IMG/VR virus record: IMGVR_UViG_2061766007_000848
DNA: 64,000 nt
Source of the DNA: an uncultured virus (IMG/VR IMGVR_UViG_2061766007_000848)
Taxonomy: Duplodnaviria > Heunggongvirae > Uroviricota > Caudoviricetes
Direction: 5' to 3' (one strand)
Part shown: positions 34,641-45,674 of the stretch, piece after piece
Layout of the letters: the number at the start of each line of letters is the position of its first letter
How positions within the stretch are numbered: the first letter of the stretch is position 1
Made by a program: the position numbers and the translations under genes
Notes under the pieces: generated by a model
The model's input: only the letters and a program-made list of their open reading frames with translations
The model's database searches: none
What the model was told of the DNA's origin: nothing

Positions 34641-35057
34641 TTATTCCTCAACCTCGTCGTCTTCCTCAACATCGGCTGTTTCATCAAACTTTTTCAGAAG
34701 ATACTCTTTCAAAAGTTTTTTTGAATTCAACTTCTTCCACTCCTCTTCGGGCATTTCACCCTCTTTAGCGAAGTCCTGCAGTTGAGCAAAAGTCAAAGTG
34801 TCCAGGTGAGCAGCAAATTCCTCTCGCTCATCCTTTTCGTCTTCTACCTCGTCAGCGCCTTCCCCCGAAGTCTCATTCTCAACTTCCTCGTCGTTTGCTT
34901 TTGTTAAATAATTCCAATCATTGGTATTTTTAACAAGTTCAGCGGCACACTTTGCAGAAACGTCTGCAATGCCTTTGGCGTCAATGGAGATGCGTCCGTC
35001 TATCGGGACGATGAGTTCCATGGAAACCACATTTGGATTTTTTGCTTTAATTTTCAT
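34641..35057 (-). CDS. Acidic protein downstream of the capsid gene, with a small helical C-terminal domain
   Basis: 138 aa; C-terminal LDTLTFAQLQDFAKE...KKL motif. Confidence 0.55.
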   Translation of the reverse strand: MKIKAKNPNVVSMELIVPIDGRISIDAKGIADVSAKCAAELVKNTNDWNYLTKANDEEVENETSGEGADEVEDEKDEREEFAAHLDTLTFAQLQDFAKEGEMPEEEWKKLNSKKLLKEYLLKKFDETADVEEDDEVEE

Positions 35058-35076
35058 TTTTATTTACGTTTTTAAA

Positions 35077-35112
35077 AGAAAAACAGGAATGGGGCAAACC
35101 CCACCCCTGTTC
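35077..35112 (-). terminator. Intrinsic terminator after the major capsid gene
   Basis: aacagg..tgggg-caaa-ccccac.cctgtt stem-loop followed by a T-run on the minus strand. Confidence 0.75.
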
Positions 35113-35131
35113 GTCTAATGTTCAACAAAAT

Positions 35132-36621
35132 TTACGCTTTCACTGTTTTGCCGATGTTGATGAAGCGAACCATCTTCTTCGGTGCATACAGGAACGGAGT
35201 ACCATACAGCAGCACCATGAAGCGGAAGGCAGGACTCAGCACAGCCAAATCCATTTTCATCAGCGGAGCCAATTGAGCAAACTCGACAACCTCGTTATCG
35301 AATTGGAACAGAATTGACTGGTCGCAATCAGGCAGGAATCGGTTCATATCGCGAATCAAACCTGCTGAACCGCCATCGTAGCCACGAGTTACGTCATCCA
35401 ACGATACCTCGAACAATGGGTAGAACTCGCCTGTTGCGGTACCACCTACTTTGGTACGATAGATGCGATAAGCGGTTGCCGGATTTACGCCACCACCATC
35501 AGCAAACTTCAGGTCAACAGCGCAACCTGCGGTTGCAGCAACAGCGGTGCTATAGATAGCCATATCCGACTCACCAAAGCGGTTGATTGCAACGACGCCA
35601 TAGTAAACGTTACCAGCATCGGTTGAACCCCACTTGCTACCAGCGACTGAACTTACAACGGCTGCCGGAGTTGACAANNNNNNNNNNNNNNNNNNNNNNG
35701 AGAAGTTGCAGCCGAAGCAGAAGTCTTGCTCGGAAGTTTCTTGAAGAAGACGTCATGGTTCAAACCGATGCGACCGAATTGCGAGTCAAATGCCTGAACT
35801 CGTTGACCCATGATACCATCGCTCAAACTTGGAGTGTTAGGAACGATGAACTTGTTGCCGTAGAAGTTCTTGACGAAAGCCGAAAGAACTGACGGAGGAC
35901 CATACAGCTGAGTTGCCAAGCCGTAATTCTCAACGATTGAGTTTGCGGCAGTTTCGATAGCGTCCTCAGTAAGTGCAGAACCACGGAGGTCAACTACCAT
36001 CTCAGAGTTCATGTAATCGGCATACGATGCCCAAGCATCAGATTGCTGTTGCTGTGCAAGGAATCCGTTGAATTGCTCGGGAACGATTTTCTCGTTGCCG
36101 AAATACAAACCCTGATTCAGTGTACGCAAAATCCAAAGAGTACCATCTTTCACGGCACGCTCCATTACCGAACCAATCATGGTGTTTACGAGGGTCATCT
36201 GGTGAGTTACGCTCTTGGTCACGCCAAGGTATTTCACCAACTGAGCCCTACGTACGAAGATTGAATCTTCCTCCTCCGGAAGTTCTCCCTCTCGGTTCCA
36301 GCCACCTCGATTAGCACCATAAGAAGTTTGCTGGTTGTACTCCTCTACAGTGTTGTACGCTGCCTTTTTCGGAAGGTCTTTCCAAAGGCGAATATCGCTC
36401 TCACGGAAGGTGATGTGCTTCAGAGTTTTCTCCAAAGATTCAACCTTCAACGGAGCACCCGACGCAGTGGTCAGGTTCGTAGTTTCACGACCAGTGATTT
36501 GCTCAGCAGCAAGAGCCTTGTTCAGTTGGTCAAGGTTTTCGCTACTCTGCATACCAGCGTGGAAACCATCTTGCTGAGCGGCATAGCCATAGTCAGCCAG
36601 ATTAATGCTCAAATTTTCCAT
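35132..36621 (-). CDS. Major capsid protein precursor (SPO1/Twort-like)
   Basis: LNKAL, GAPLKVESLE.TLK.ITF, AYNTVEEY, FNGF and LAPLMKMDLA...FMVLLYG...LYAPKK motifs. Joined across the N-gap 35678-35699. Confidence 0.92.
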
Positions 36622-36642
36622 GTTCACTTTGTTTTAAGATTA

Positions 36643-38207
36643 TTATTTAGTTATCTCAACGCCAAATTCGTTTTTCATACGAGCAATGATGTTCGCTGGA
36701 AGAACCTTACTTGCCTCAAAAGTCAAGCAAGCCTTGCTGAACTCTTCGTCAAATCCCTTTGCAAAGGTAGCCTGGTCAAGCATTTCTGCAACGGCATTCG
36801 GCTGTTTGCTCATAGAAATAGCATTCGTTCTTTTAGCGGTTTCGCCACCCTTGGTGATATCGCCATCCTCTGCTTTTGCAAAGCGACGTTCAACGGGACG
36901 TGCAGCGCTTAAAGATTTCGGGGCAGGAACCTCCGAACCAAATGCCTCCAACTTTTCAGACATTTCGCTAATAGTCTCTTCTTGAGCCTTAACAATGTCG
37001 AGCAATTCAGCTTCACGATTTGCTGCGGCTTCAAGTTTCTGACTTGCGTCTTTTACCATTACACCAAGAGCCTTGATGTATTTAGAATTCATCTGATGTG
37101 ACGTTGCAATCGCTTTCTCAATTCGGTCAAAACGATTTACGCCACCTTTCTTTACTTTGCCGTCCTCTTCATTCTCAACGTCAGCATCCTCTTCATTCTC
37201 TTCGGCTTTAGGCTCGTCGTCATCGGTTTCGTCACCCTCGTTGTCTTCAGCGTCGTCATCGGGTTCCTCATCCTCATAATCGTCATCCTCTGCTTTTTGA
37301 GTTTTTGATTTGCCTTTTTTGATAATTTCGTCGGCTTTGGGGTTGTCGGTTTTTGAACCACATCCCTTTTCGATATCAGCGATATCCATATCAAGCCCAA
37401 GAGCCTCATATGCCTTGCTAATATCTTCATCGGTTACTTTTTTTCGCCCACTCATATTCGCAATTTTTAAAATTAATGAATAAATTTTATCCGCTTTTTC
37501 AATACTTATACCTGGTACATCCTTGAAAACCCTTTCAACCACCTCTGCTTTTCCAAAAGTTTGATTTTTAAGTTTTTTGTCAACTGACTCTTTTTTCAAA
37601 GCAGCACCCGATTCAGTGTCCAAAGATTTTTCTTCTACCTCTACCTCTTCCTCCTCTTCGTCGTCAACATAATCATCAATTTCGCCTTTGATTATGTTAG
37701 CAAACGTTTTTGGATTTTTCGGTTGATGCGTAATGGCTACGCCTGTTATGATAGCCTTGTCGATTTTTTTGTAATCTGGAGAATTTACGTCATTCGATTT
37801 TCGTTTTACAACTTTTCCTTCAATCGAATAACCAAGCCGTCTGGTTTTGGAATTTTTCTCAAGCGTTTCGGCTAATTCCCAAACCTCTTGTGCTATTTTA
37901 CTTGATGGATAAAGTTCCGTTTCAATGTACAACCCCTCTGGACGAATTTCGGCTTTTGTAGGTTCACCAATAATAGCAGCAGGCTGTCCTTTTGCCTGGT
38001 GATGCCAGTTAACCATTCCATTTTCCAAAAGCGGTTTAATATCAAAGCCCTTGGGGTCAAGAAATTCTCCATCGGCATCTTCATCGGAAGTCGAAGCAAT
38101 GCCGCCTAACTTCATAATGGTTTCCCCANNNNNNNNNNNNNNNNNNNNNNNNNNNNNNNNNNNNNNNNCCAAAACGTAAATTTGTCTTCTAAATTCGTCT
38201 TTACCAT
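36643..38207 (-). CDS. Prohead protease fused to acidic scaffold
   Basis: GIAST...DADGE.LDP.GFD, NWHH, LGYSIEG and VAITHQPKNPKT motifs, then an acidic/coiled-coil C-terminus. Start MVKTNLEDKF at 38207. Confidence 0.88.
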
Positions 38208-38220
38208 ATTCCTTAAAAAT

Positions 38221-38252
38221 AAGAAAGGTCAAAAAGCAAAAGCCTTTTGACC
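38221..38252 (-). terminator. Hairpin/terminator abutting a late-promoter motif
   Basis: ggtcaaaaagc-aaaa-gccttttgacc stem followed by a T-rich tract on the minus strand. Confidence 0.6.
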
Positions 38253-38279
38253 CCTCTATAACTGTTTAGTGGTATTTTG

Positions 38280-38777
38280 TTAAAGAATTCCTATTCCGGC
38301 AATCATCATTATTACGCAGGCTAATTCAGCCCAGAACGTATAATGGTTGAATTTGTCGGCAAACAACGCTACCAGCCCCGCAATTCCACCTACCATTATA
38401 GGTATGAACATGCCGTTGATAATAAAAAATAATAAAGCCGACGCTGCCCAAATTCCAGCTGATGTAAAATGCGTTGCCTTTGTTAGTGTTTCTTTAAATG
38501 CACAAGCGCCACCGACAAAGCACATACCCGAAACGCTGGTGAATGCTAAAAATTGACACTTGTAAAATTCAGCTCTTGATACCCAATATATAAGTATCAA
38601 AATTCCTACTGCCCACATAACGAATGTGAACAGATATTTAGTCCCTACTTCCGCCCACTGATAGTAAGTGTCGGAAATGCTCTTTGGTACTTTCTTAAAG
38701 CGCCAAATTGTGAGCAACAAATAAGCGGTTATCAAAGCCACCGCTGCATAATAGAATGCTACCATAATTAAAACCAA
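38280..38777 (-). CDS. Multi-pass membrane protein
   Basis: About five hydrophobic helices, P.SISDTYY motif; follows the endolysin. Confidence 0.7.
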   Translation of the reverse strand: MVLIMVAFYYAAVALITAYLLLTIWRFKKVPKSISDTYYQWAEVGTKYLFTFVMWAVGILILIYWVSRAEFYKCQFLAFTSVSGMCFVGGACAFKETLTKATHFTSAGIWAASALLFFIINGMFIPIMVGGIAGLVALFADKFNHYTFWAELACVIMMIAGIGIL

Positions 38778-39238
38778 TTTATTTTGTTTTTACAATTCAG
38801 GTCGTCAACTCGTACATCAACATGAACCCAAGTGGGCGCCAACTCCTTCTTTTCCAAGCGTATCGGGTACGGAAGTTTGTTTTGGTTTTCCACTATCTTC
38901 GCACGCATTTCATCAGCCGTCATTTTTGGACTGCTGAAATCAAGAGCCTTGCCATTGTGTGCCAGCATATACAAAACGCCAGCGTCGGTTTTCTTCTTTA
39001 CTATTTCACATAGGTTTTCACGATAACCCCTTTGTTCAAGTGAACCGCCCGATGACCAATTGTTTACTATCATCGGAACCTTCAAAATATCCCTACGAAT
39101 TACAAGAACAGTTTCCAAAAGCCTGGAATCAAATTCACCCCAGGCCAATTCGCCCCTAATACCGAAAACTTTTCTTGAAACCAATTCTTTGATATTGAAA
39201 TACTTTTTCAACTTTAAAATAACTTCTTTGCGTTCCAT
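38768..39238 (-). CDS. Endolysin, peptidase M15-like
   Basis: YF.I.ELV, QRGYR, H..G.ALDF and WVHVDVR zinc-peptidase motifs. Confidence 0.8.
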   Translation of the reverse strand: MERKEVILKLKKYFNIKELVSRKVFGIRGELAWGEFDSRLLETVLVIRRDILKVPMIVNNWSSGGSLEQRGYRENLCEIVKKKTDAGVLYMLAHNGKALDFSSPKMTADEMRAKIVENQNKLPYPIRLEKKELAPTWVHVDVRVDDLNCKNKINWF

Positions 39239-39249
39239 AGTAGTAAGTT

Positions 39250-39606
39250 TTAATTGATTTCCAAATGTTCGGTTGTCATGCTGTTAGCGTTCAGGAACCT
39301 GACTAATTCGGTTACTTTCTCTGAACTATCCATTTTAAGGAATTTGTCCCAAATGCCATTGTATTTCAAAAATTCTTTGAAGCCGTTTTCGATAGCCTGA
39401 ATTTTCAAAGCCTTGTAAATAATGTTTTGAACCCATTCGGGAACTTGGTCAATGGTTTTAGTCGAAGCAACTTCATCATAATAGTCCTGTTCCAAAGCAG
39501 GGCTTAACAACGGGAACTTTCCCTTAAACGGAACCAGCTCGCTTGGTTTCTTGGCGCTAACTATTCCAAGAACCTTATTACCCAAATCAAATACTCTCTT
39601 TTCCAT
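39250..39606 (-). CDS. Hypothetical protein directly downstream of the kinase/ART gene
   Basis: 118 aa ORF, 7 nt after the stop of 39614..42094. Confidence 0.65.
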   Translation of the reverse strand: MEKRVFDLGNKVLGIVSAKKPSELVPFKGKFPLLSPALEQDYYDEVASTKTIDQVPEWVQNIIYKALKIQAIENGFKEFLKYNGIWDKFLKMDSSEKVTELVRFLNANSMTTEHLEIN

Positions 39607-39613
39607 GACCTTA

Positions 39614-42094
39614 CTAAATTGAAGTTACAATTTTACTACGATTCAAAATAATCGTAAACCCATGCCCTGAACTATTACCATCGGGCTGATAAATTCCATC
39701 ATATCCCTTCAAAGCGGCATAAATTCCAAGGTATGACTTATGGGAACCTGAATCCCTATATCCAAGGTTCTTGACAGCGTTGTAAATCCTCGAATAAATA
39801 TCCTTTGGATTAAGTTGCGCCATTTGGGTTTCTTTATTGTATTCATCCTCCTTGTCGTAATAAAGTTTCTTGGCATTATTAACTTTGGTATTCAGCTCCT
39901 GAGTCATTTTGCCGTTTTGAATTTCTTTTTCGGCAGCCGCATTTGCCGGACCAACGCAGTTTGTATTGAAGAACGTGGTAAACTTTTCAGCCTGGTAGTG
40001 ATATGGCGCTGTAAATTGATTCTTTTGTTTCACTGCATTATTATTCCATGAATATTTAGCAATGTAAAGTTCCCGATGACCGATTTTGATACGAACCGCC
40101 TCATCTTCCTTTCCTTGATTCAATAAATCAACCTTTCCGCCGCATTTTTCCACGCAAGGCTTAATGTGCTTCAAAACCGCTTCATCAAACATTGGATAGT
40201 TTCTATGACCTTGAGCATTTCGAGAGCCCCAATCAATGGTTCCTAAATAATCTGAAAGGTCAGCAACCGCCTCTTCGTCGTAGTGCATTTTAGAAAAAAC
40301 TGCTTGCTTAATAATATTGCTTGAATTCATTAAGTCAAGTTCTGCTTTCTTCCAATCCTTCCTTAAATCATCAAGTTCTTCTTTCAACTTTTTAATTTGC
40401 GGATTGCTAACAACCGACATGCCCATTGCCTTAATTTCGTCCAAAAGGTCTTCAGCGTTCACAATATTAGCACCTTTCTTCCAAAACATTTTAGCAACTG
40501 CGTCTTCATTTCCATGAGCATATCCCGTAGCGGATTCAGAACCCCGATAGGCTGCTGACGATTTCCAGTTCGTTTCGTTGCTGTTATTATCCGTAAGCGG
40601 TTTTGATTTAACAGTATCACTTCCCTTATTCGATACGTCATCTGAATGGGCGTAAATTCCTTGACCCCAAATTCCGTATTGACCAAAGTGGCAAAAGTCC
40701 GAAAACTTAAAGTCCTCCAAAAAAGAAACGCTGTCAAAGCCACGCATCATCAGAGGCCATTCAGTTGTCTTGCGTTGCTTCCAAAAGTCGCTTTCACTTA
40801 ACACCTCTGGTCTCGCATCAAAGCCCCTTTGCTTACAAATATTTGCAAGCAACGCCCAACCCTGGTCATCAGTAGCCGTCAAAATCGAATCACTGCTAAC
40901 CTTACAATTTGTTTGACTTTCGGTTTCGTCAAGCAATTCGGCAATTGTATCCTCATCTAATTCGGCATACATTTCATCTTCGGGCTTCAGCTGGCGTGGA
41001 AGAACCTTTCCTAATTTTGCCGCTGCTTTTTGAGCCTTAATGGCAGCCTGTCTTGAAATCTCATCGGAAATTTTCTTAAGATTATCGAAACGCTGACCCA
41101 TTATTATCGCCAGGGAATCCTCACCAATTTCTCTAAGGTAGTTAACAACGTCATCTTTCTTGTTAAGAAGTTCCTTGATTTGATTTAATTGCCCATCATC
41201 GGTCAACTGCATAGCAATACCTGGATTATATTTTTGCATACTTTTCCAAGTACTGTAAACGTCGCCATCAAAGGTTTTCTTACTACCTTGCGCTCTGTAG
41301 TCTAAACAACCGCCATTATCAACACGAATTACTTCACCATTAGCGTTTTTAATCAAACAGTTGTCATTCTGATAAACATCCCAGTTGGCAATTAAGACAT
41401 CGGCAATGAAGCCCTTTGACATGTTAGCAAAATCAGAAGACGTTGGAGCGTGCGTTCCCGGAATAAATCGGCTCAAAAGAACCGCCTCACCATTATCGTC
41501 ATAAAGTTCATAATCGGGTGTTTTCAACCCCATTATTCCATACAACTGATTGGATAGATATTCGGCTTTTACATGGTCCGAATTAGTATTGCTGCCCTTC
41601 TTAAGAACGTACTGATTTCCATCAGCATCCTCGACTAATTTTGCGCCTGTCGAACCGCCTAAAGTTTTCACAACCTTCAATGTGCTCAAATCATTAGGAA
41701 ATAGGTCGTTAACATACGCTTGTTTGCCTTGTATGCTTTGGTCGCTTAATTTAGCACCTCGTCCTATTTCGGCTTGTGTCTTTTGACCTTTCCTTACTAC
41801 GTGCCAATCGTACTGAATTTTTGAACCTACCTTTGTAGCCGAATAAACATAAAGAACGCCATCGACTACCTTTGTTTGACCTGGAACAATCGCCTTTGCT
41901 ATTTCTTTGTCTTGCTCTACTTCATTAATAGCGTCAATACAAGATTTAGCGACTATTATTTCATAGTCATAGTTTTCAACAAGCCCCTTTTGAATCTTGT
42001 AATTATTGCACGCTTTTATCAGCGTATCAATAGAACAATCGCCCTGGAGTTGAGCCAAAGCGATTGTGTCCAACGATTTTCTCAGTTTGTCCAT
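39614..42094 (-). CDS. Putative virion-packaged effector: leader + PI3/4K/HipA-like kinase + ADP-ribosyltransferase-like domain
   Basis: Kinase motifs LGGSTGAKL, YVLK, AEYLSNQLY, ANWD....DN and RVDNG. ART-like motifs MRG, GIWGQGIY, A.GYA and GYDGI....IILNRSKI. Confidence 0.7.
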   Translation of the reverse strand: MDKLRKSLDTIALAQLQGDCSIDTLIKACNNYKIQKGLVENYDYEIIVAKSCIDAINEVEQDKEIAKAIVPGQTKVVDGVLYVYSATKVGSKIQYDWHVVRKGQKTQAEIGRGAKLSDQSIQGKQAYVNDLFPNDLSTLKVVKTLGGSTGAKLVEDADGNQYVLKKGSNTNSDHVKAEYLSNQLYGIMGLKTPDYELYDDNGEAVLLSRFIPGTHAPTSSDFANMSKGFIADVLIANWDVYQNDNCLIKNANGEVIRVDNGGCLDYRAQGSKKTFDGDVYSTWKSMQKYNPGIAMQLTDDGQLNQIKELLNKKDDVVNYLREIGEDSLAIIMGQRFDNLKKISDEISRQAAIKAQKAAAKLGKVLPRQLKPEDEMYAELDEDTIAELLDETESQTNCKVSSDSILTATDDQGWALLANICKQRGFDARPEVLSESDFWKQRKTTEWPLMMRGFDSVSFLEDFKFSDFCHFGQYGIWGQGIYAHSDDVSNKGSDTVKSKPLTDNNSNETNWKSSAAYRGSESATGYAHGNEDAVAKMFWKKGANIVNAEDLLDEIKAMGMSVVSNPQIKKLKEELDDLRKDWKKAELDLMNSSNIIKQAVFSKMHYDEEAVADLSDYLGTIDWGSRNAQGHRNYPMFDEAVLKHIKPCVEKCGGKVDLLNQGKEDEAVRIKIGHRELYIAKYSWNNNAVKQKNQFTAPYHYQAEKFTTFFNTNCVGPANAAAEKEIQNGKMTQELNTKVNNAKKLYYDKEDEYNKETQMAQLNPKDIYSRIYNAVKNLGYRDSGSHKSYLGIYAALKGYDGIYQPDGNSSGHGFTIILNRSKIVTSI

Positions 42095-42107
42095 CGGAAA
42101 AAGTTTT

Positions 42108-44163
42108 TTATCCTATAAGCAATTTCTCCGCATCCTCAAGCGAAAGGTCTCCAAAGTCAAGGAACATTTCTGCTTTTTTGGTTTCTTTATAAGTTTCACC
42201 GAATAGGTAGGCATCCACGCTATCCTCACCATAAAGAATTTTGTATTTCTTTGGGTCTTTCTTTTTCAGTTCTTTTTTACGCTTCAGGAATTCCTCCTTT
42301 TCCTTAATTCTTCCCTCCTCCGAAAAATCATCATTCAACGCTTTTTCGAGGTCATAGTCATCAGCCTTAATTAAGTTCAAAGCCTGAATTTGCCAAGGCA
42401 CGTTTGTACCAACTTGAACCGAACCATTAATTGTTCGGGCGCCAGTAGAACCGCCCTTTGAGATTTTCGGACCAATAAGCGATACCAGCTGAATGAAAGT
42501 ACGTGGTGTGAATTTTGCTGGGTCAGCGTCGTCGAGATTTTCCTCCAACCAATCCCTTGCCATATCACGAATTTCCATCTGCTCTTTTTCGGTTGGGAAC
42601 TGCTTTTCAAACGCTTTTTGATAACTACCTAAACCCATAGTCTTGTAGCGTTTGTTTATCAAGTCCATACTTTCGGCTCTCGTAAACGCCATATCGTTTA
42701 CCAAACCACGGCTCATGATAGCCTTTGCATCCTCACTTGCGTTAGTGATAGCGGCTACATNNNNNNNNNNNNNNNNNNNNNNNNNNNNNNNNNNCGTTTT
42801 TGCCTGTTTGCGGATTCATGAAAATTCGGTTCTTTGGATTATTGTCCGTAATTTTCTTCATCAAAGCCTTCATTGGCCCTGATTTCGTTGTAAGAATTTT
42901 ATCCGAATCATCGAATACAAGAATTCTTGGATGTTCGTCGCCGTTGTCGTCAGTATAGGTTCCATTGAACTTTGCTAACATTTTTCGGAAGTCAAGTTCA
43001 TCGTCTGGGTCAGAAAGCATTACATAACCCCAATCTTTGTTGCTTGCATTATCTTCATCATCCAACTTTTTCACATTCAAGTAGTCGGCTATTGCTTCCC
43101 AGCCATAAGTCTTACCTGCACCAGCACCGCCTGCCGAAACAAACAGCGGAGCCGTATCATATTTGATGAAATTTTCGTATTGCTCATTTAGCAAACCGAT
43201 TTTGTTATCTGGATTCAAATAGCCCGCAGTTGTCGGTTCAAAATAGGTTTTGAAAGCGTCATACTGCTGACGGTCATTCAAAGTTTTGAAGTCGTGGAAT
43301 TTACTACGAATTCGTGGGTCGTTCTTATTCAACCAACCTAAATCACCCTCTGGAAATTCCTTCATGAATTCTTCGGGATTTAAGCCCTTGAAATCAATGT
43401 TGATTGAAGGTGCCTCATCAGCATTGTAAGTGGCTTTCATAGCCTCCTTTAAGTTATGCTTGCGCTCTCTCGATTTCCATTCTTTTTCCAAAGTTCCCGC
43501 AACATCAATATCTTTTTCATCAATACCACGAGCAGCTGCCTCTTCGTATGCAAGTTGGCGGTTTTGCCAAGTGTAGTTTTGGTTATTCAAAACTTTCAAA
43601 AGGTCGGCATCCGATTTTCCCGCATAAAGTGTACGCAGTTTTGAAGCCGATGCTGTATGGTTTTCCAAAACGCCATTGGCACCCATTTTACGGACAACCC
43701 AATTTTCGGGAACCTCAAATTCAACAGAAGGCTTTTTTGTTTGGTACGTAACTTTTGCTGTCGGTTTAGGTACGTAACCGCCCTGAAGGTCTGAGCTGTC
43801 AACTTTTGTTTTGTCGTAGTCGTCACGCCCTTTCAAAGCATTGAAAGCAATTTGACGAACAGCCGAATCAAGTTTCTTATCGTTAACAACTTTTTCAAGC
43901 GAACCTGTCGTAGCATTTTGTGCATAGTCGGCAAGTTCATCGGGTGTCATATCCTCAAAATTTTTCGGGGAAGTAGTTTGAGTTGGCGCTGAAGTCGGTT
44001 TCGGTTTTTGAGCAGCTGGAGCCGCATTGCCACCGCCTTGGCTTTGATTCTTTTTTATTCCACGCCAATCGAATTTTCCTGGAGCGTATTCAGTCCATAC
44101 TAACTTTCCGTTTGGGTGCATATCACCCACTTGGTGCTGAGCCTTTTGAAATTCTTCCAACAT
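42108..44163 (-). CDS. Putative virion-packaged protein: leader + helical repeats + AAA+ ATPase
   Basis: Walker A GGAGAGKT, Walker B ILVFDDSD and Arg-finger-like AIMSR. ORFs 42742..44163 and 42108..42716 join across an N-gap (VAAITNASEDAKAIMSRG). Confidence 0.72.
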
Positions 44164-44210
44164 AGTATTTAAATTTTTTTTAATGATACTTTATTGAAAA
44201 TAATAACTGT

Positions 44211-45664
44211 TTAATCCGTTTCCCATTCAATTGGTAGTTCTATGTCATAAAAATCTTCCATTATCTCTTTTGTTATTCTTTTTACGTTTTCGGAATCCTT
44301 CCCTTTTTCAAGTTCCTTGATTGCTTTTCTACCACCCTTTGCTAACCGAATAATTTCTTCGGCATTTTTGGTTGCATTGAATAGTTCGTAAACCAACTCA
44401 AAGTTATGCTGCGTATCTTTCAAGAATTTAGTCGGTGACATTTGCATTGCTTTCTTCAGCGCCTTTGCGAATTGCTTTGGCGTTGCATCCCATGGAATAA
44501 TTATTGCTCGAATGTTTTCAAATAGTGGGTCGTATATTTCCTCGTCAGCCGTTTTAGCAAGCCCCCTATAATCGCGCAAAACAGGATATGCTCCAGATAG
44601 CATTGCTTCGATGATGAAGCCGTTTATATGCGTCCGGCAATATTGAGCGTAATGCTCCGCCCAGGATGGGTCAATCGCAAATTTTGTATTCTTTAAGGTT
44701 TCGATGACTTCACCGCCCGACATTTGCCCCATATATTCCATTCCAAATTTTTCGGCTCTTTTCCAAAGCGAAATTTTGCCGTCAAGTTTTTCGGGAAGGT
44801 CTGGGTCACGCTTCAAAGTGCACATATAATTACTTTTTGTTTTAGTTTCGCTGGTCATGTAGTTGTATTCAATTCCTGTACCAGCAATCTTAACTTTAAA
44901 GCGTTCTTCCTCGCCCTTTTGGATATACGGAACAGCGGCAATCAATTCTTCCATATGCTTCATAGATTTAAACATATGGGCGGCAAAGAAGTCTTCCGAA
45001 CGTTTATTCATCATTTTGACGGGCATTTTAGCCTTATTCGGAAAATATCGTGGATTGAGTAGCAAAGTCCTCGGAATTCCTATTTCAGCGCAACACTGAT
45101 AGGCTGCTAAATNNNNNNNNNNNNNNNNNNNNNNNNNNNNNNNNNNNNNNNNNNNNNNNNNNNNNNNNNNNNNNNNNNNNNNNNNNNNNNNNNNNNNNNN
45201 NNNNNNNNNNNNNNNNNNGAAGGCAAATCAAAAAATTTCCACCAAAAGTCGAATTTAAAACCTTTCTTGTCCCAAGACGAACTTTTGGTCGGCATGAAAT
45301 TCCAAAGAATAATATCCGCATCCTTAACAAGTTCCTTCCAGCGCTCAACCGAATTTTTTTCATAGACGCCAATTCGATTAGATGGTGGAAGAAAATAGCC
45401 GTAATAATTATTGCGCCAATAGCCCGTCACCTCATCTTTTTCATACCCGCCAGCCTGGGAATGAAATTTGATTTTACGCTGATGTTCACCGCTTTCAAAT
45501 TCCTTAACTTTTTTATCATAAACTTTTTGCGTAGTTGATGACGGGGTCATTTGGGCTACATCTACATCGTGTCCCAAATCCCGAAACGCTTTCAACATAC
45601 TTGCAACATACTCGACAATTCCGCCATATTTGGCAATCTGAAAATCGGCTATAAAAATTTTCAT
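44211..45664 (-). CDS. GT-B (GT4-like) glycosyltransferase
   Basis: N-terminal MKIFI......YGGI.......AFRDLGHDVDV and C-terminal IDPS...GFIIEAMLSGAYPV. Joined across an N-gap. Confidence 0.78.
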
Positions 45665-45674
45665 ATCAAATAAT

